Of a DNA stretch of 29,639 bases, positions 1-14,130 are shown in pieces. Origin of the DNA: Octopus sinensis (lineage: Eukaryota). The stretch's first letter is position 1; each line of letters begins with the position of its first letter. The position numbers and the translations under genes were made by a program. The DNA lies in the NCBI RefSeq assembly GCF_006345805.1, contig NW_021832961.1, positions 1 through 29,639 on the forward strand. The letters run 5' to 3'. The notes beneath the pieces were generated by a model. The model had not been told where the DNA came from. It saw only the letters and a list, made by a program, of their open reading frames with translations, and ran no database searches.

Positions 1-270
1 AGAGAAATTAAATGAATGAGAGAGAGAGAGAGAGTGATAGACAGGAGAGCAAGAGTGAGAGAACGGTAGAGAGAATGAGAGATTGAGCTGGAGAGAAATA
101 GATAAGCAGCTATGCAATAGTGGGAGTTGTTAGCAGGGGAGAGCAACGAAACGAAAACACCTTCCTCGCAAATATCTCCCTTCCCCTCTAATACTACTGC
201 CTTCACTCCCCCTCCTCCTCCTTCCTCTACCACTCAGCACCCACTTCATCTCCCTCCATTCCCCTCCTCA
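1..270. repeat. (GA)n/purine-rich tract followed by a CT/CCT pyrimidine-rich tract
   Basis: GAGAGA runs at about 17-34, purine-rich to about 140, then CCTCCTCCTCC-type pyrimidine tract at about 165-270. Confidence 0.7.
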
Positions 271-280
271 CAGCCTATTC

Positions 281-1672
<1,392 letters not shown>

Positions 1673-4600
1673 GACAAAGACACTCGCTCCAGGACCTATC
1701 ACAAGGTATGGAATTCACACTATGTACAGCCCCACCCCCCTCTATACACACAAACACACTCTTGGGGTAGGCCCTAAATGAACTTTTTTTTTTTTTTGGA
1801 TCGTTATTTTCATTTGAGATCCACCAAATACCGTTTTTCTCTTGTGCATGAAGTACGAGAGCGCGTGAGAAACAAAAATGGTTAACAAGAATTAACCCAC
1901 ACAAATAACTAAAAGAATTTTAGGAAATCTTTACTGTATATGTATATATATTATATATATTATATATATGTATATATATCATATATATATATATATATAT
2001 CAAGCTTGTATGGGATATATGGGGTTGTGTGGCAAAAATCACGAATTGACATAGAAGGCTGGAGTTGAATTTAACAAAAAATATAAAACAAAAACTGTGC
2101 GAGAAAGGTTGAAAGAAATATCGAGAGAGAGAAAGAGAGAGATATGAAGACGATGGTGACGAGAAAAATTGATAACAACACGCAAAACAGAAAATTAGCA
2201 AACTAAAAGGAGAGAGAGAGAAAGAAAAAAAAAAAACGGCACTCCGAAATGACTTTACGAAAAAACATCAACAACCACACCAACAACATCAAATAATACT
2301 TATGATAACAGTAAGAATGTTAAACGCAAACATAACAAAAACAAAACTATTAAAAAAAAAATAATAAGCAGGAACGATTATCTCTGAAAATGGACAGTAC
2401 GAACTCAAAAACAAAAAACAAACAAAATTATTAAAGGATGTATGTATGATTTTTATTTTTGATTTATTTCATTACTTTTTTTTTTTTTTCAAATCTATCA
2501 TCGTGAGTTCATTTCCCATCCCTGGCAGTGTATCTTTTTTTTTTTTTTTGTTAATACTAATTTTAAAATTAATTCGTGAGAATTATTTATTTCTTATTTA
2601 TTGTTATTATTTTGGTATTCATTGCAAAAGCAAGATCAAGATAAAAGAAAAAAAAAAGTACGGGAGAAGAGAAAATGATAAGGATGAAACAAGCACCTTA
2701 AAAATTCAACAAATCGTAACTTAATGCTAAGAAGCAAAACTATCTCTCCTACAAATATTTATACATACATACAATACCAAACATGTATAATGTACGTATG
2801 TATAATATAAAACTAATATTGCCGCGACCAATAACAGTTTCAAACTTCACACACACACACAATGAACAGGCCTATGACCCACTGCTGATCTCATCAAACT
2901 GTTTGGGCAATAATGTTAATTACAGTTGGTGAGATTAATATATCTAAATCTTCCCGCTCCCTCATATTTTCCTGCGTCTAAACACAAATATATAAGCATA
3001 TATAAACATTTATGTAGATACATATATATATGTACATGTATTAACGTGGATTATATATATATATATGTAAAAATACTTTATTTTTTGCTGTTCTAACAAG
3101 CAATTAATAATTTCATGTTAATGCATATTTTTTCGTTAATATGATCATCATAAATATGTTTTCTTACGGATAGATTCTTTTCACACACATATCAGTCCCA
3201 TATCATCACATGCAATAGTGATCGGGTGCATCGAATTCGTTAATATACTTCTATATACCTCTACATATTTTCGGTCTTCATTCAAACCAAATTAATAATA
3301 ATCAAAATTTTATATTCAGATTGATAAATGACGATAATCTTCCCCTATAGCAAAACAAACTGAAACACACACACACACACTATACATGTATATAGATGTT
3401 TGATGCATATAGCTATCTGTATACTCAGGTAAACCTATTGATATACACATATATAGTAGCATGTATAAATTATATTACATATGTATATAAAGATGTTTAT
3501 ATCTACCTCTTTACATTAATATACACTGTCTATATACATGTTTATATGCAGGCTCTATATAATATATACACACACACACACACATGCATATACATACATA
3601 TGTTAACTCTTTTCTCCCAAATATATATAAATATATATAAGCCCTTTTCTCCAAAATCTCCTACGTTTATTTTTCTTTTATCTTCATTTTGGTTTTTAAG
3701 AACCCTATTTATGGATGTTTATAGAGTAATAATGAAAAAAAAAGTCGTTCTTAGTTGGTCTTAATTTGGTATACACCTAATTGTAAACACACACACACTC
3801 TTAATTGTTTCTTTCCTTCAAGGCTTAAGCTAAGTGGAACTCGAGTATATTTGGATACGTTGTATTAATCACACACACACTCTCCGCTTTTAACAAATGT
3901 AGCATATTGGATACTTCGTCCATGGGCGCACACACAATACCTACCTACCTATCTATGTCTATCTATCTATCTATCTATATCATATATACATATGAAGTGG
4001 TAGCACAGACTTATAAAAAATCTTTTTTATTTTTAAATTTTTCTTTTTTTTTAGTGGGTTGGAGGCCACATTCGTATTTTAGATCCGGCTGCTTAGTTTG
4101 TGCGATCCCACCTGCCTGCTTGCATAAAATCAGTTGAAAGCAAAGTAGCCGACTACTACAATACCTACCTACCTAACGTAGTCTATCTCTCTCTCACACA
4201 CACACTCACACACTCTTCTGTCGACCGTTTTAGAGCTATATAACACTACCTACCTGTCTCTTTCTTTCTTCCTTCCCCGCTCTTTCTAATACTACTTCTT
4301 CTATCATCACTACTACAGCTACCTATCACACACATTATCCAGGCAAAAATAACGGAAGTCCTACCAACCTATTTAGAATGTTGCCTCGCTTACCTATCTT
4401 CCTTTTTTTTTTCTTTCTTTCCTTCTAGCGTTATTACTATTCAGCATGTACCTTAGCTACGCACATAACTACCTATTCTAACTACTTGTTTTGCCTGCTT
4501 ACCTGCCAGCCAGCCAGCCACTCAGCTAGTGTGTGTGTGTATATATATACATGTGTGTGTGTCTCTCAATCGAATATTCTGTCATATGTAAAATGGTAGC

Positions 4601-5235
4601 GAAGAATTAAGAGCGCAAGCATACTGAAGTTTTATTTTGGCCAGGAACATCAAAAATTCTCTCTCTATATATATCAAAGTTAGTGTTGTTCGACTATACA
4701 CTGTTTAAATTCTTAAACTAAATGATTTTAAATGAATTTTAAGACACAAAAGAACGTCAGTTTAAACAGATAATGCCAAAATGAAAACAAATCAAAAACG
4801 GAAAAAATAACCGGATAAACTAAAATGCAATATATAAGAGTGTAAACTTATAAATCACCATTACTATTAATTTTTAATTAATGGTAATAGTAATAATTAA
4901 TATTATTACGATCCAGTGAATGGCTTGAGTTCTAACATTGCGCCAATGTTGGAAGCAATTATCAAATGCAATTATATATTTCATCATAAGTTAAGGTACG
5001 GATACTGGGACAAGAAAAACAAAAAGTAAAGGAACCTTGGTGAGAGCAATTTGCAATTTTGTGAAGAAAGCAAGTAGGCAAAATTTATAATGTGGAGTGT
5101 GAGTTAAAGCAAGTAGGACTTTCTCTTCCTCACTCTCTCTCTCTCTCAACTCGAAATCCAAAGTCGCACATAAACTCCGATCGTAATGAACCGACTTGGT
5201 CACTGTACGAACTGAAATGAATTGGAGGAAAAAAA

Positions 5236-5266
<31 letters not shown>

Positions 5267-5342
5267 CATTTACCAACAAATGTATGAATTGTGAACCCTG
5301 ATGAAAGAAAATGATCTCCTGTCAAACAAATAAACCAGCAGT

Positions 5343-5393
<51 letters not shown>

Positions 5394-5764
5394 GTATATA
5401 TGTAGCCATTTAAAACAAGACTCGAAAAGGCAAAATGTAACAAAAGAACGAAATGAAAAAGAAAAAAAACAATTAAAAAGCACAACTGAGAAAACGCCAC
5501 CTTGTCTCAAACGAGTGTTAAACATTATGGATTGGTGTTGTCTATTTAAAACTAGACAATTTTCTTTTTTTTTTTTAATACAACAGAAATAAAAAAAACC
5601 TTGTCTCAAGTAAATCACAAAAATCGCTTCCATATTATTATTATTATTATTATTTTTATTGATATTATTATTATTATTACAGATATCACAGTTTAAAAGT
5701 AAATGAAACACTTTTAATATTTGAATGGTCTTGAAATGCAGAATGGGTTCATATATGCATACAT

Positions 5765-5803
<39 letters not shown>

Positions 5804-5895
5804 GTGTTCGTGAGCAAAGACATATATACTTGTATGTATATACATATATCTATATATGCATACACATAAATACATGTGCTTGCATGTATAACATG

Positions 5896-5941
<46 letters not shown>

Positions 5942-6044
5942 CACACACACATATATAAGTGTGCGCATATCCATAACTAAACATGATCATGCACTTTTGC
6001 GTATACATGCATGTTATAATGTGCATCATGTATAAGAAATACCG

Positions 6045-6085
<41 letters not shown>

Positions 6086-8319
6086 CAAGATATGGTTATT
6101 TGTATTTACAGCTCAGAAGTTTTATCTGAATGAGAGACAGATTAGTGACTACCGGGGAATATATATCCTTGCATTTTTGCCATTTTCCAAAGAGAAAGAT
6201 TAAACAAATTGAAGAAAGACCATTTGTATCTCGGTGTTTGGGTAATTTCTGTTAAACCTCACCGCTCCCCCAGAAACATCCATTATAAATATACATCCAC
6301 CTGTTTGATTCTTCTAAATAAATCAAATCTTTAATTTTGTAAATATGTAGGATTCTCACTTATCATGCGATCTTTTTAAAATAATGAAAATAATATCAAA
6401 AAGAAGGAAAACTTCACTTAAATCATTGCAGTAAATATAAAATGATCATCCTTTTAAATAAAAATCCTAATCATTTGAAACTATAATGGTTTCTTAACAC
6501 CTTAAAGAGAAGGGCCTGGATGTTATCTGTATTATTGCATACCTGAAAACATTTCACTCTGTAGGGGAGGGAAGTCTCTTTTTATTTTTAAAGCCGGAAG
6601 AGGGGATACATTTACGAATACCTATCTGCTTGCTATATACATTCATATGACTGAAGTTGTTGCGTATATGCGTGTACTTGCTTTTTATCGAGTGTTTCCG
6701 ATCGAAGAATGAACAAAACAGAAATAAATAGAATGCGGGAATATGGAGTTTCCCCAGCTTCAAAAAATCAACAAAACACTAAATGCAAATTATGATTTGC
6801 TCTAAAAATTAAAGGAAGTGAATCTTTTTTATTTTAACACAAAGACCAAACATCTGCTTACTGCTCATATTTCCATCTGTAATTCCTAAATAAGAAAAGG
6901 CACATGAAAACTGTAACACATTACTTGGACGAATTTCAGGAAAGCTGGTATTTAGTCCTACATAGCATATAATCTACCTATGCTGGCACTTATATTAGAT
7001 CTCAATTATATATTTTTATTTATTTCCTACTTTTCTTTATTATTCTATTATTCTCCCCGCCTCCTTGTTGTAACATTTTTGTGCCCCTAACCACTTTTGT
7101 TTAAGGAAACTTGGTGCTGTCATATATATTAAATATGTGTTTGTGTGTATATGACAATACATACTTTAAAAAAACCTACACTTGTACACACACCAAATGA
7201 TGCAGCATTGTGGGACATCTCTTGGGAACTCATGTCTGCAAGGCAAATTTCTTAACGACTCGGCCACGCCTGCGCCCATGTATTTTTATGGGAAAGCTAA
7301 TAAGTAGGGATTCTGATAGCTGTGGGATGGCGTGTACCTTAAATTCAAATGGTCAGCCTCCTCCCATGTTGCATCATATAAATTCTGGTTGATGTACAAG
7401 CTTCCTTTCTGACCATTATTCAGCCAATTATGTATGTTGAATGTAAAGGTGGTTCATCCAACAACTCATCGTTGTAACTAGCGGACATACATTTATTAAA
7501 GCTCGCACACACAAAATATGCGATATATTTTGAAGATAATTTATAGCTGACAAAACAAAACTTCTACTCTAGAACATTGGAGCCCTTCGCGCGTGGAAAT
7601 ATATGAATAACAAGGGAGGGGTGACGTATAAGTTAGTATTATTTTGTTGATTCGATTTTGTTTCAAAATGGCCGACTAAATTCGCAGTTCATTACTGAAG
7701 ATAAAATGTAATCTATATATTATAATTAATATTTTATTTTCAACTATTTGGCCGCTGATGAAAGCGATAGCAGACTGTAGTACTTATGCCGCTAGCACTG
7801 TAGCCTCCTCTCCTTCATTTACACTATATTCATATTTTAAATGCAGAAGACTTTAAATTTATTTTGTATTGATTACTACAGGGGTCGATAGGGAAAATTT
7901 ACTATACATGTATGTATAAAAGTGTTTGTGTGTAAGTGTAACAATCACCATATGTTGAACTTATTCAGTCTTTTCTCATGGAAGAATGATTTCTTTCTGA
8001 TATTCGATCTCATCAGATATGTTATTAATTATGATACTGAGTAAAGGAAACGAAATATCATTTCATAAGTAAACACTTATAATTTCAACTGTCATGAATA
8101 CTACACATTACCTCTACGGATACTATTCATATACTTAATACATAAACATTTTAGGTATATAGCATTATAATGTGCGTGTATGTTTATGTTCATGTAAGAC
8201 TTATACACATGAGTGTATGCACAGTGAAGTCAACTTAGTGCTCTGTATCCATCTTTCCCTAAAATATATAAGTTTGTACATATGTTAAGAAATGACAATT
8301 ATAAGGCAATAATTAATTA

Positions 8320-8460
8320 GCAGAATCGGTAATATCGAAAATAGTACCTTTTTGTGTTCTAAATTCGAACCTCGCCAGGGTTGGTTGACTTTCTCATTCT
8401 TTCATGATCGATGAGATGAATATCAGTAAAAATCGAAAACTGGAAGTCGATACAGTCGAA
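8320..8460 (+). mobile_element. Degraded tRNA-derived SINE, family B
   Basis: GCAGAATCG head, TTCGAACCTCGCCAGG B-box-like segment and ACTGGAAGTCGATACAGTCGA core, loosely colinear with the reverse complement of 17393-17589. Confidence 0.45.
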
Positions 8461-11400
8461 TAAACCGTTCGTTTTACTCAGCAAATTACTACTATCTTAC
8501 AAATAAATAAGAACCAATTATTCGTACAATTCAGAGAAGTTAATATGAAACAGAAAATTTCTAAACCAAATATTTTTTTTAAATATTTATTCTAGCTAGG
8601 CTAGATTTGAACTTATGACATCAAGTTAAACCCACATTTTATGTTTTACTTAGATATTTCTTTCTTTTTTAATGCTATTGCATAGGGACATTTCATAGGG
8701 CATCATTAATTTACCCGTATTGGGCACAATACCTATTTATCACAAATGCTTACTACATAAAGCAACAAAGACCACACATCCTTTTCCATTGCTACAGCTA
8801 CCTTTCAGTCGACTTACTATGTTATGTTCGTTAGCCCCAGTGTAGCCTTATCGACCGAACAGGTAGATCTATCCCTGCTCGAAAACGTGCACATTACATC
8901 TTAGCTGGACATCATTATCCAATTTATTATAATTTAGATGCAAGGGTGTGATTTGAGGAAAATTTGGCTTCTGTTTCTAGAAAGTGGTTTTAACCGGTTA
9001 TTGTAAAATGTGTTTGGTTCGTGGGATTAATAATTAACTGGTTTTTAAAAAAGAAAAAAACCGTTATAAATAGACCTTATCGATACCGCGGCTACTTGGC
9101 TTTTCCTTTCTTTACCTCATTACCAACTAGGTGAAAGATGTACCAGTAATTTACTGCGTGTATCTTTATTCGGCTGCCTCCAATGCTTTGTCTGATAAAT
9201 CTAAACTTTAATTTAGTAGGGTAGATGACAATTTTATTGTGAAAACTTACATCTGAACTTTGAAAACTTTTATTAGTACTTATATCTCACGACTTGTTCA
9301 GACTAGTTTTATACCTATTGTATATCTATATATTCAAATTGGGATGTTAATGTTATATTCTTAGCTTTAATTTTAACGAAATTGTGTGAGGCATTTTTGT
9401 TTAATTTGTTTTTTTTTTTTTTGTTTAAATTTTATTAAAAAAAAATATTTTGTGCTCTCAAGCGTAATGTTTACGAAAAACAAATCGGAAAGAGACATAA
9501 CCGTTATAATCATACTTACGAACAATTTGCCACATCACAGGGACAAAAATAGTTTATTGGAAGTTCTAATCCACAGCAAAAGAAAAAAAATATATATTTT
9601 AGCAATGAGTGAAGCTGGGATTGCGCGGGTTGCTTTGCATATCTCTGCTTTGTTGAAAAACACCCATCTATCACCCTCTTTAGCTAGGTCCTTCTTCATT
9701 AAATGTGGCCTCAACATTTATTTTCTCCATACGGATTAGTGTTCTTATCTCCTCAACTGCAACCGAGTAAAACTTGAAAACTAACCTAAAAAGGTCGATA
9801 TACATCACGTATTTTAACAATACTGTTGCGATAGGTATAAACACCATGTCTTATTTTTTTTTCTTTAGTAAAGAATTATTATTCCATGGTGATAACATTA
9901 TTACTCTCAATGAGCGGTTTATTTATAAACCGACTCTTACAAAATCACTATTTCAATAAAATATATAGTTTCTATCCGTATGGAAAAACTTATATATATT
10001 GTGCGAAAAGTTCCCTTATAAAACTAGTATACATTACATATTTCTAAAATTTACCACAAGAAATTATCCCATATATAGATTAAGATTAGTAATAAAGGCG
10101 GGAAAAGCATTCTTCATACATAGCTTAATCTTTTATTATATCGGCAGGAATTTTAATATTTTACGTATTTCACCTACACTTAAAAATAGGTATCTCATTG
10201 ATTGTCTCAGAAAATATTGAATTATAATATTAGTATGATTAGATTTCTTGTATTTTTTTAAAATTCAGTACACGAGATGGTTCTTTGCTCTGTTTAAAAA
10301 CTCAAATTCTACATTTACCTCACTGATTCTTCTTGTTTTAATATATTTACATATTTTTTTACTTATGAAATGTTTAATTAAAAAATAATTACAACTTAGA
10401 TTAAGGTAAATTTCATAGAAATAGAAGCTCAAGCAGTGGTGTATTTTAAAAATTAGATAGAAAAATATATACAATAGTTGAACGGTTGTCACATTAATAG
10501 GTATGGGTTCATATCCCACGGCCAGCACTCGTCTTTTGTTTTGGTTTGGTTTCTGTCATAAAGGTTTTTTCAGCCTAATATTTACATGTTCTTATAGCAT
10601 TATATGCGCTTCAAAATCCATTTCAAAGACAAAAAAGAAAATTCTTCCCCATACTCACGAAAGTTTATAAACTCTTGTCAACACACCCACACATACACAT
10701 ATTATAAACACACACTATCATACATACGAGCAAATTTCATGCGGGAACATGTAGCATAGACTATAAATAGATATATTCTCGAACCGATAGTTCAGTAACT
10801 TTAAAGTTAAAAAATAAAAAGGAAAACAAAAGTAGATGTATACTTCAAAAATTCACAGTAGTTGCTAAACACTAATGAGTTAAGTTGTCGTGCTCTATAT
10901 CAACATAAGAGTTTTCTTAAACCAAAATCTGAGCGGCTTTTCTTCCGTTAGCCTCTCGATGTTGTTGTATGTGTTCGTAAGTAGCTAATTGGTTAACAAA
11001 TGCTTCTAGAACTGGCTTCTTATCCTCCTCCTCCTAAGTGCTTTTATAAACAGAAGCAAACACTACAAGAGAACTGTAGTACATCTTTATTGCCCTCTCT
11101 CTCTCTCATTTTCTCGCTCTTCTTCACTTTTAGTGTATTATTAGTTAATTAGTCATCTAGGTGTGTATATGTGTGTGAGTGAGTATTATCTTCGAGATTT
11201 ATATTAAGTTATAGACCACACCGTTAAATACATTAATATGAAAGTTAAATTGAAAGAGTCGGTAGAACATCGGACAAATATGTTGTTGCATTTTACGACT
11301 ATTTCTGTTCATGGTTCAAAACCCGACAAGATCTGTTAATAACCTTTCACCATTCTGGTCTCAATAATATAACTATTGCGACTGTTCATATCCATATAAT

Positions 11401-11495
11401 ACATCTAATAACCAAACGGAAAAATAAGGAACACATATAGTTTTGTAGTTTATTGAATAATTATTTAAAAAGGCTATTGTTTGTGTATATGAGTT

Positions 11496-11526
<31 letters not shown>

Positions 11527-12868
11527 TTTACAAATAGACTAGATTAAGATACATTCTGTTTATAAGTTTATTTCAGTTGAATATCGTTTTTATAATTTGG
11601 TTGAAAATATATAATATTAAACGATATCTTTTATAATGTCAATCATTACATAAAAAATTTAGAACGTATTAAAATTAATTTCAAGGAATATTTTATTAGT
11701 TTGTGGAATCGTTTCGTCTGTTATCTAAATGAAACGACTATGGAGAATAGTTCTTAAAAGTGCATCCCCGCTTGTATCGTTATATAGACATATGTAAATT
11801 TGTGTATGTACATACACACGTGTGTGTGTAGAAAGAGAGAGACGCACGCATATATACACACACATACATATGGATGTGTTTATACGGCTAATGTGCTACT
11901 TGGGCTTTAACAAACACCTGTCCTTACTTATAACTAACTCTCTTAAACAACTCGCGTTCTCTCTCACACCATCCTTCTCCTTTCACTTCCTAAGCTTTTT
12001 TATGCTTCTTTTGCAGGGATTGGGAGAAAGAAAAATCGGTGTAGACGAGACAGTAGTTTGATGCTTACGGTGGGACTTGAAACACAAATCTGATTAAAGC
12101 AGTTAAAAAATATAAAATATATACATAGACATATACATCACAAAACTCCTGATACCCTGAATCATAGTAACAATAATAAAAAAAACAAAGAAATTTCATA
12201 CATTCCATTAAAAAAAAAGACTATTCTGTTAACTTTTTTTTCTCTGTGTTTGTCTTCTTTATACCCAAACATGAAACCTCATACATAAGGAGGGGAGATT
12301 CAAGAGACTTGAGCCTAATAAATTTCGCCCTTAAACAAACATTAATCCTGCAAAATATTCTTGAGGTTATTGCTCACATTTTGCTAGAAATAGCAACTAA
12401 ATCACCCCGACCGTCTTCAAACAGGAAAATACACTTTGGAAAATATAGTACGCAATATCAAAATTTCTGAAAAATCTGTGCTGCAAAATCGTATGAATTA
12501 AGCTCAAAGACTGAATTCACCTGGGACAAAATACCAAACCATATTTTAATCAGAAAACTTGCTCATAATATTTGTCAAAAGTAAAAGAGAAATAGTTCTT
12601 TGATAGTGTACTGCTTAAATTTGAATTCAGAGATTAATTCAAATATACTGCCAGGTTTTACAACACATCACATATTTATTATCTGAGATTGTCTACAAAT
12701 ACGTACCAGGCTAGGGTAATAATATGTGATAGATTAGTGTCCTCCTATCCATCAGCTTATCTATTTCAGATAATTAAACTAGTGTTTCTTAAGTACCAAT
12801 TCAAAATTGTTAGACACTTGCACCAAATGATCAATCAGGGTAAGATAAGTTGCATGAATGTATGTTTG

Positions 12869-12909
<41 letters not shown>

Positions 12910-13020
12910 TTATTTGTTTTTATGTTCAGTTACCATAAAAACAATTTTATATTAATCCCATGCCTCTCTTAGCAGACCGAAACATAAGGGCAACTGTCAA
13001 CAACATTCTTGTTCAAGAAC

Positions 13021-13053
<33 letters not shown>

Positions 13054-13405
13054 TGTAGATCAGTTTTGATAGGGTACTGTGGATTTGAGGTCCCCGCATG
13101 GTTTTTAGTACAATGGCCGTCTGAAAAATTTTACAGAAATCTCCCCCAAAAAAATGAAAAGGGTGTCAGCGTGAAAATTAGTATTTTGTAAGATACATTT
13201 TCTTGAAATTCTGAAATACATTCATTCATACATTTCCGATGCCCACCATTTCTGGGAGGGTTTTGGTGCTAGATAAGATTTTTTTTTACATCTGTGTGTG
13301 TGTGTACTAAATGCGTGTATGTACGTGTGAGGGTTCTAATATATGTTAAAGTATTTACAAAATCAGATGTTTATAGATATGTGTGTATACATACATCAAG
13401 TGTAT

Positions 13406-13468
<63 letters not shown>

Positions 13469-13536
13469 TCGAGGTATATATGCTATTTGTGGGTGTATAC
13501 ACATATATATTTGTATGTTCGTCTTTGCCAACATGC

Positions 13537-13586
13537 TAAGGCGGTGCTCCAGCATGGCCACAGTCAAATGACAAACAAATAAAAGG
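13537..13586 (+). mobile_element. Solo 3' tail of SINE family A
   Basis: TAAGGCGGTGCTCCAGCATGGCCACAGTCAAATGACAAACAAATAAAAG is near-identical to 26407-26455 and similar to the tails at about 27340 and 27794. Confidence 0.85.
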
Positions 13587-13813
13587 ATATATATGTATAT
13601 ATGCAACTGTAGATCTCACTATATCATATACAACTTTTAGCTTAGGGAAAATATACAAAAACATGAATACGGGTTTGATATTTAAAATACTAAACGCCTC
13701 TGTGTGTAAGTTCTTTGCATTCTTTTTATTTCATATTATATCACTAGAGTTAAATAGATTTTGGTGCAGAAATAGTTTCATTCAACTGTCTATATCTCCT
13801 ATTTTGTCAATAT

Positions 13814-13825
13814 ATTACAGACTTC

Positions 13826-13864
<39 letters not shown>

Positions 13865-13925
13865 CAGACTCCGTTTATATAAATATATATATTTATATAT
13901 ATGTAATTACAGACTCTGTTTATAT
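13814..13925. repeat. Three copies of ATTACAGACTYYGTTTATA separated by (TA)n
   Basis: Copies start at 13814, 13861 and 13906. Confidence 0.9.
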
Positions 13926-14094
13926 ATATATATATATATATATATTTAATTTCGCGTTCTATAGTATTATTAAGGCAGCAAACCTTTATACTTCTATCAT
14001 TTTTAAAACAAACTTAATACTGAGGGTACAGTGACAAAAAAGCCAAAATGGTCACAACACTTTTCAAAATATGTAGTACGGGCCGTTCTACATT

Positions 14095-14130
14095 GGGTTC
14101 AAATTCCACCCTGGGTATCTTTGACCTTTT
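14095..14130 (+). mobile_element. SINE family B fragment (B-box region)
   Basis: GGGTTCAAATTCCACC matches the Pol III B box and the family B copies. Confidence 0.4.

Noticed and set aside
1673-1777. 34-codon open frame after the TAG (stop readthrough)
   Set aside because: TAG-G is not a leaky context, the length is unremarkable for this GC content, and VPLTHM is the conserved family C-terminus.
2522-2530. TGGCAGTGT identical to the miR-34 5' end
   Set aside because: Only 9 nt, in sense orientation (not a target), with no hairpin.
1935-3020. Pumilio-type TGTAnATA motifs and the polyA signal position
   Set aside because: The motifs arise inside TA microsatellites. Only ATTAAA variants (2349, 2430) next to genomic A-runs were seen, so the 3' end cannot be placed.
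5067-5117. 12-bp direct repeat AAAGCAAGTAGG (5067, 5106)
   Set aside because: Short local duplication with no further support.
10503-10525. Isolated B-box-like GGGTTCATATCCC (and a similar minus-strand motif near 12066-12090)
   Set aside because: No cloverleaf and no SINE body; too short to call a tRNA or SINE.
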